Part shown: piece after piece, positions 8,161 to 11,040 of the stretch
Position numbering within the stretch: the first letter of the stretch is position 1
How the letters are laid out: every line of letters starts with the position of its first letter
NCBI GenBank assembly: GCA_036479435.1
Contig: JAZGFI010000280.1
Location: forward strand, 1-11,040
Reading direction: 5' to 3'
Length of the DNA stretch: 11,040 nucleotides
DNA from: Planctomycetota bacterium
GTDB lineage: Bacteria > Planctomycetota > GCA-002687715 > DRQF01
The notes under the pieces: generated by a model
What the model saw: only the letters and a program-made list of their open reading frames with translations
What the model was told of the DNA's origin: nothing
Databases searched by the model: none
Translations under genes and position numbers: made by a program

Positions 8161-9798
8161 ATGTTCCTAAGATTGTTTTCGACTTACCTGTTGCTTTGCC
8201 TAAGCGTTGGCGGCGGCTTGCTACGCGCGCAAACTTTGCCTGTCATTTCGACCTTCCTAGAGAACAACCCCACCTACGCCGTCACCGCGGTGGGGCTTGG
8301 TGATGTGAACGGCGACGGTAGCGACGACTATGCTCTGAGTTTGTTTCATCAGGTCATGAGTATTCCTTTCGCTTTCACCGTTGATGCGGTCATCGTGTCG
8401 GGGGCGGATGGAGCTTTGATTGCCGACTACCAACCTTCAGCCTTTCCGGCGATCCCCGTGGCCAGCGTTTACCCTTGCGGTGATTTGGATGGCGATTCGC
8501 ACGCTGAATTTTTGACTTTGGAGCGCGGGCAATCGGGACCGGCGAGCATCGACATTAGCGTTCGCTCTGGAGCCTTGCTGACGCCGCTCTACACGATCAA
8601 TTACGGTGCCTTGGCCAATGTCGACGTCTTGTCGAGCACGGCCCTCGGTGACCTTGACGGCGACGGGATTCGGGAGATTGGACTGGCGACGCGCCGAATC
8701 GTGAGCGTGACTGCCGGTCTGGGTCAGATTGAAGTTCTCTCGGGAGCGACCGGCGCGGTTCTGTTTTCGTTGGGCTCCCCGACTCTACAATCTAACGGCA
8801 TCGGCGACCTCGGTGACCTCGACGGTGACGGTGTGTCTGACTTTTTTGTGAGTCGAACGAACGGCGCTGATCTTATTTTTGGCCCCCTCAATGCGGGGAT
8901 GATCGAAATCTACTCGGGCGCGACCCTAAGCGTTCTGAGCACGATCAACGCTTCGCATTCAACCCAAGCACTTGGCTACCGAGCCTGCGCCGTCAGTGAT
9001 CTCGATGGCGACGGCAACCCGGACATCCTCAGTCTCAGCATTGATGCTGGTCTTGCGGCGGGCCAAAGCGCGCTCTATGAGGCCTATTCCAGTGGCAGCG
9101 GGAGTTTGATCTGGAGCGTACCCTCGCCAACGAACACCAATGTTTTTGACCTGCGTTCCGCTGGCGATATCAATGGCGACGGTATCGATGAATTCGTCAC
9201 CAGTCTGGCTGCGGTCGGAGCGAGCTTTTCGTTTCGGGAGTTGCGTTCAGGAGCCGACGGATCGATCCTCGAGATTCTTCCGGCCTCCTTGGGCATCGCG
9301 GGAGCTAATTCTGGTCCTCTTCGTTCCGATGCTTTTGTAGGCGATCTGAACGGAGACGGCATCGCGGATCGTTTGGAACACCAAGTGACGCCGACCGCCT
9401 CCGTCCAAGCGACCGCCCACGCCACTTTGGCCGCTCAAGTTTACGGGGCGAGTCCGGGCACATCTCTTGCGCTTCGATTCGACGCCTTCGCGGCGCAGCC
9501 GCGTCTGGGCAACTACGAAATCTCCGGCGCTTCGCCCTTTGCTTCTTTGCTTGTGGCCGCCAGCCTCGCGCCAGCGACCGCCACGATTACGGGGACGGCT
9601 TTTCCCCTCCTCGTGTCATTGAATTTCTCAAACCTGATCCTCACCGTGAACCTCGTCGCCGACGCCTTCGGGGTGTTTCGATCCCCGGTGAGTTTGAGCC
9701 TCCCCGCCTTGGCCGGAACCGTCATCTACTTGCAAGTTGCTGAGACGACCCCGATCCCTGCGGTCAGCAACGGCTTAGAAGTTCTTTTCGGAAACTAG
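8161..9798 (+). CDS. Secreted FG-GAP/VCBS (integrin-alpha-like) 7-blade beta-propeller protein with a C-terminal beta domain, 545 aa
   Basis: Start revised from 7954 to ATG 8161, supported by RBS GAGGAG (8146-8151), signal peptide MFLRLFSTYLLLCLSVGGGLLRA-Q, and the equivalent ATG in the paralog. Seven Ca-binding loops: GDVNGDGSDD, GDLDGDSHAE, GDLDGDGIRE, GDLDGDGVSD, SDLDGDGNPD, GDINGDGIDE, GDLNGDGIAD. Confidence 0.9.
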   Translation: MFLRLFSTYLLLCLSVGGGLLRAQTLPVISTFLENNPTYAVTAVGLGDVNGDGSDDYALSLFHQVMSIPFAFTVDAVIVSGADGALIADYQPSAFPAIPVASVYPCGDLDGDSHAEFLTLERGQSGPASIDISVRSGALLTPLYTINYGALANVDVLSSTALGDLDGDGIREIGLATRRIVSVTAGLGQIEVLSGATGAVLFSLGSPTLQSNGIGDLGDLDGDGVSDFFVSRTNGADLIFGPLNAGMIEIYSGATLSVLSTINASHSTQALGYRACAVSDLDGDGNPDILSLSIDAGLAAGQSALYEAYSSGSGSLIWSVPSPTNTNVFDLRSAGDINGDGIDEFVTSLAAVGASFSFRELRSGADGSILEILPASLGIAGANSGPLRSDAFVGDLNGDGIADRLEHQVTPTASVQATAHATLAAQVYGASPGTSLALRFDAFAAQPRLGNYEISGASPFASLLVAASLAPATATITGTAFPLLVSLNFSNLILTVNLVADAFGVFRSPVSLSLPALAGTVIYLQVAETTPIPAVSNGLEVLFGN

Positions 9799-9850
9799 CC
9801 CGCGTCTAGCGCGGGCTAGCACCCGATCCCCGCACGAGCCCTAAGCTCCC

Positions 9851-9886
9851 GGTGGCATGAGTGTCCACACTCATGCCACCTTTTTT
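9851..9886 (+). terminator. Rho-independent terminator
   Basis: GGTGGCATGAGTG-TCCA-CACTCATGCCACC (13-bp perfect stem) followed by TTTTTT, about 50 nt after the FG-GAP stop. Confidence 0.9.
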
Positions 9887-10028
9887 AGGGCGCTCTGAAG
9901 CTGTTGGCGTTTGATCTTAACGATCCCGATTTCCTTGCATGCAGCGGCAATGTGCCCCATTGGGTTTTCGTTTGAGACGTCGATTGTGAATGCTGTAGAG
10001 TCCCCGGCGCTGCCCCCTTTAAAAGGGC

Positions 10029-10863
10029 ATCGACGAAGCGGGCTGACAGCCCGTGGTCGAAGCCAATTAGCGGAGATCATAGTTCATGTTCGCAAGACGC
10101 GATTTGATCTACCTGATCCTTCTATTGTCCGGTTGCAGCGGCCTTCCGTTTGCGCAATCTTTGCCCGTCATCTCAACTTTTCTATAGAACACCCCGGCGC
10201 TTGAGGTCAGCGCCTTGGGTTTGGGTTACCGAGCTTGCGCCGTCAAGGATCTCGACGGTGACGGGACCCCCGACATCATCAGCCTTAGCATTGATGAGAG
10301 TTTTGCTTCGACGAGTCTAAGTGCCAGGTTTGAAGCTTATTCTGGTAGTACCGGTAGTTTGATTTGGAGCGCGCTCGCCCCCGCCAACACCAACGTCTTT
10401 GATTTGCGTTCAGCTGGCGATCTCAACGGTGACGGGATCTCGGATCGACTAGAACACCAAATCACGGCTACCGGCACCGTGCAGGCTACCGTACACACCA
10501 CCTTGGCCACCCAAGCCTATGGCGCCAGCGTTGGTACCGCTTTAGACCTGCACTACGACAACCTTGCAGCGGAGCCTCGCCGAGGCAGCGACGAATTCAC
10601 GGGCGCTTCTTCTTTTGGCGGCGGCGAGCCTCGCGCCGGACAGGACCACGATTGTTGGGACCGCTTTTCCTCTCCTTGTTTCGGTGAGCATCTCAAACTT
10701 GATTCTCACCGCAAACCTCAGCGCGGATGCCTTTGGTGAGTTTCGCTCGGCGCTGAGCCTGAGCTTGCCCGCGCTGGCCGGGATTATTGTCTACCTTCAG
10801 GTGGCCGAAACAGGACCGGTTCCCGCGGTTAGCAACGGATTGGAAATCCTCTTCGGAAACTAG
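10029..10863 (+). repeat. Diverged tandem duplicate of 8105-9798 (leader plus gene)
   Basis: ATCGACGAAGCGGGCT is identical at 8105-8120 and 10029-10044. Coding similarity is colinear down to the shared end AVSNGLE(V/I)LFGN-TAG. Confidence 0.9.
10086..10863 (+). pseudogene. Degenerate FG-GAP paralog: nonsense codon, two in-frame blade deletions, one frameshift
   Basis: ATG 10086 (GGAG at 10072-10075) reads MFARRDLIYLILLLSGCSGLPFAQSLPVISTFL*NTPALEVSALGLGYRACAVKDLDGDG. TAG at 10185-10187 replaces GAG of copy 1. In-frame losses of 675 and 177 bp, and a net 11-nt loss near 10605-10620. Track ORFs 10215-10739 and 10564-10863 are its two pieces. Confidence 0.9.
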
Positions 10864-10915
10864 CATCCGGGGCCGTTCGAAGCCTTGGCTGGTCGTCCCT
10901 GGCGCAGATCAAGAT

Positions 10916-11040
10916 GGGTGTGGCTCCTTTGCGACGACGATGTTGTCGGTCATCCCGCGAGTCTCAATTTCGCGCCTGCGTAGTGCCGTAGATGATTCTC
11001 ATGAAGCCGTTGCAGTTGGTGGAAACGCCAGTATTTGTCG
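10916..11040 (-). mobile_element. Probable right end of an ISKra4-family insertion sequence; continues beyond the window
   Basis: A transposase-like C-terminus is followed about 35 nt later by GGGTGTGGCTCCTTTGCGACGAC (10916-10938, + strand), which resembles the terminal inverted repeats I recall for this family. The other IR is outside the window. Confidence 0.55.
10950..11040 (-). CDS. C-terminus of a probable ISKra4-family transposase
   Basis: Manual translation 11039->10950: DKYWRFHQLQRLHENHLRHYAGAKLRLAG*. It resembles the D-x-YWRFH...H...Y tail of ISKra4-type transposases, but only 29 aa are visible. Confidence 0.55.
   Translation of the reverse strand, partial: DKYWRFHQLQRLHENHLRHYAGAKLRLAG

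Noticed and set aside
413..10204. Numerous short overlapping or antisense ORFs in the track (e.g. 791-1462, 1725-1970, 2454-2843, 5194-5514, 7295-7870, 9871-10080, 9911-10204)
   Set aside because: They are shadow frames of better-supported genes or span regulatory DNA, and show no recognisable motifs.
318..10863. Genome-wide TAG reassignment or pyrrolysine use
   Set aside because: TAG is the evident true stop at 320-318, 2729-2731, 9796-9798 and 10861-10863, and no pyl genes or tRNA are visible.
8161..10863. Diversity-generating retroelement (TR/VR pair) between the FG-GAP copies
   Set aside because: Differences affect all four bases, many at synonymous sites, and are not adenine-specific. 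There is no reverse transcriptase in the window.
1..11040. CRISPR array, tRNA or rRNA
   Set aside because: I saw no regularly spaced identical repeats or RNA-gene signatures. The recurring GGCGA(C/T)CTCGACGG-like units are FG-GAP codons.

Overview
Bacterial accessory region, by inference from a Planctomycetota-type genome (large carboxypeptidase-regulatory-like-domain membrane proteins, and FG-GAP proteins ending in a ...Q...SNGLE... domain). From left to right it holds: the 5' end of a RelE/HigB (Gp49-like) toxin gene with a sigma70 promoter carrying a perfect 18-bp palindrome; a SAM methyltransferase/Zn-ribbon gene whose real start (1865) lies upstream of an in-frame TAG; a 5'-truncated paralog fragment of a surface-protein gene; two divergent ~775-aa membrane-anchored beta-sandwich repeat proteins; a secreted 7-blade FG-GAP protein with a sigma54-type promoter and an intrinsic terminator; a decayed tandem paralog of it that has lost whole blades in frame; and the probable end of an ISKra4-family IS. 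I see no clear new multi-gene machine. The best leads are the conserved FG-GAP C-terminal domain (possible sorting signal), the blade-precise deletions, the sigma54 promoter with a conserved leader, and two early amber codons. All family assignments come from reading motifs; no database search was run.
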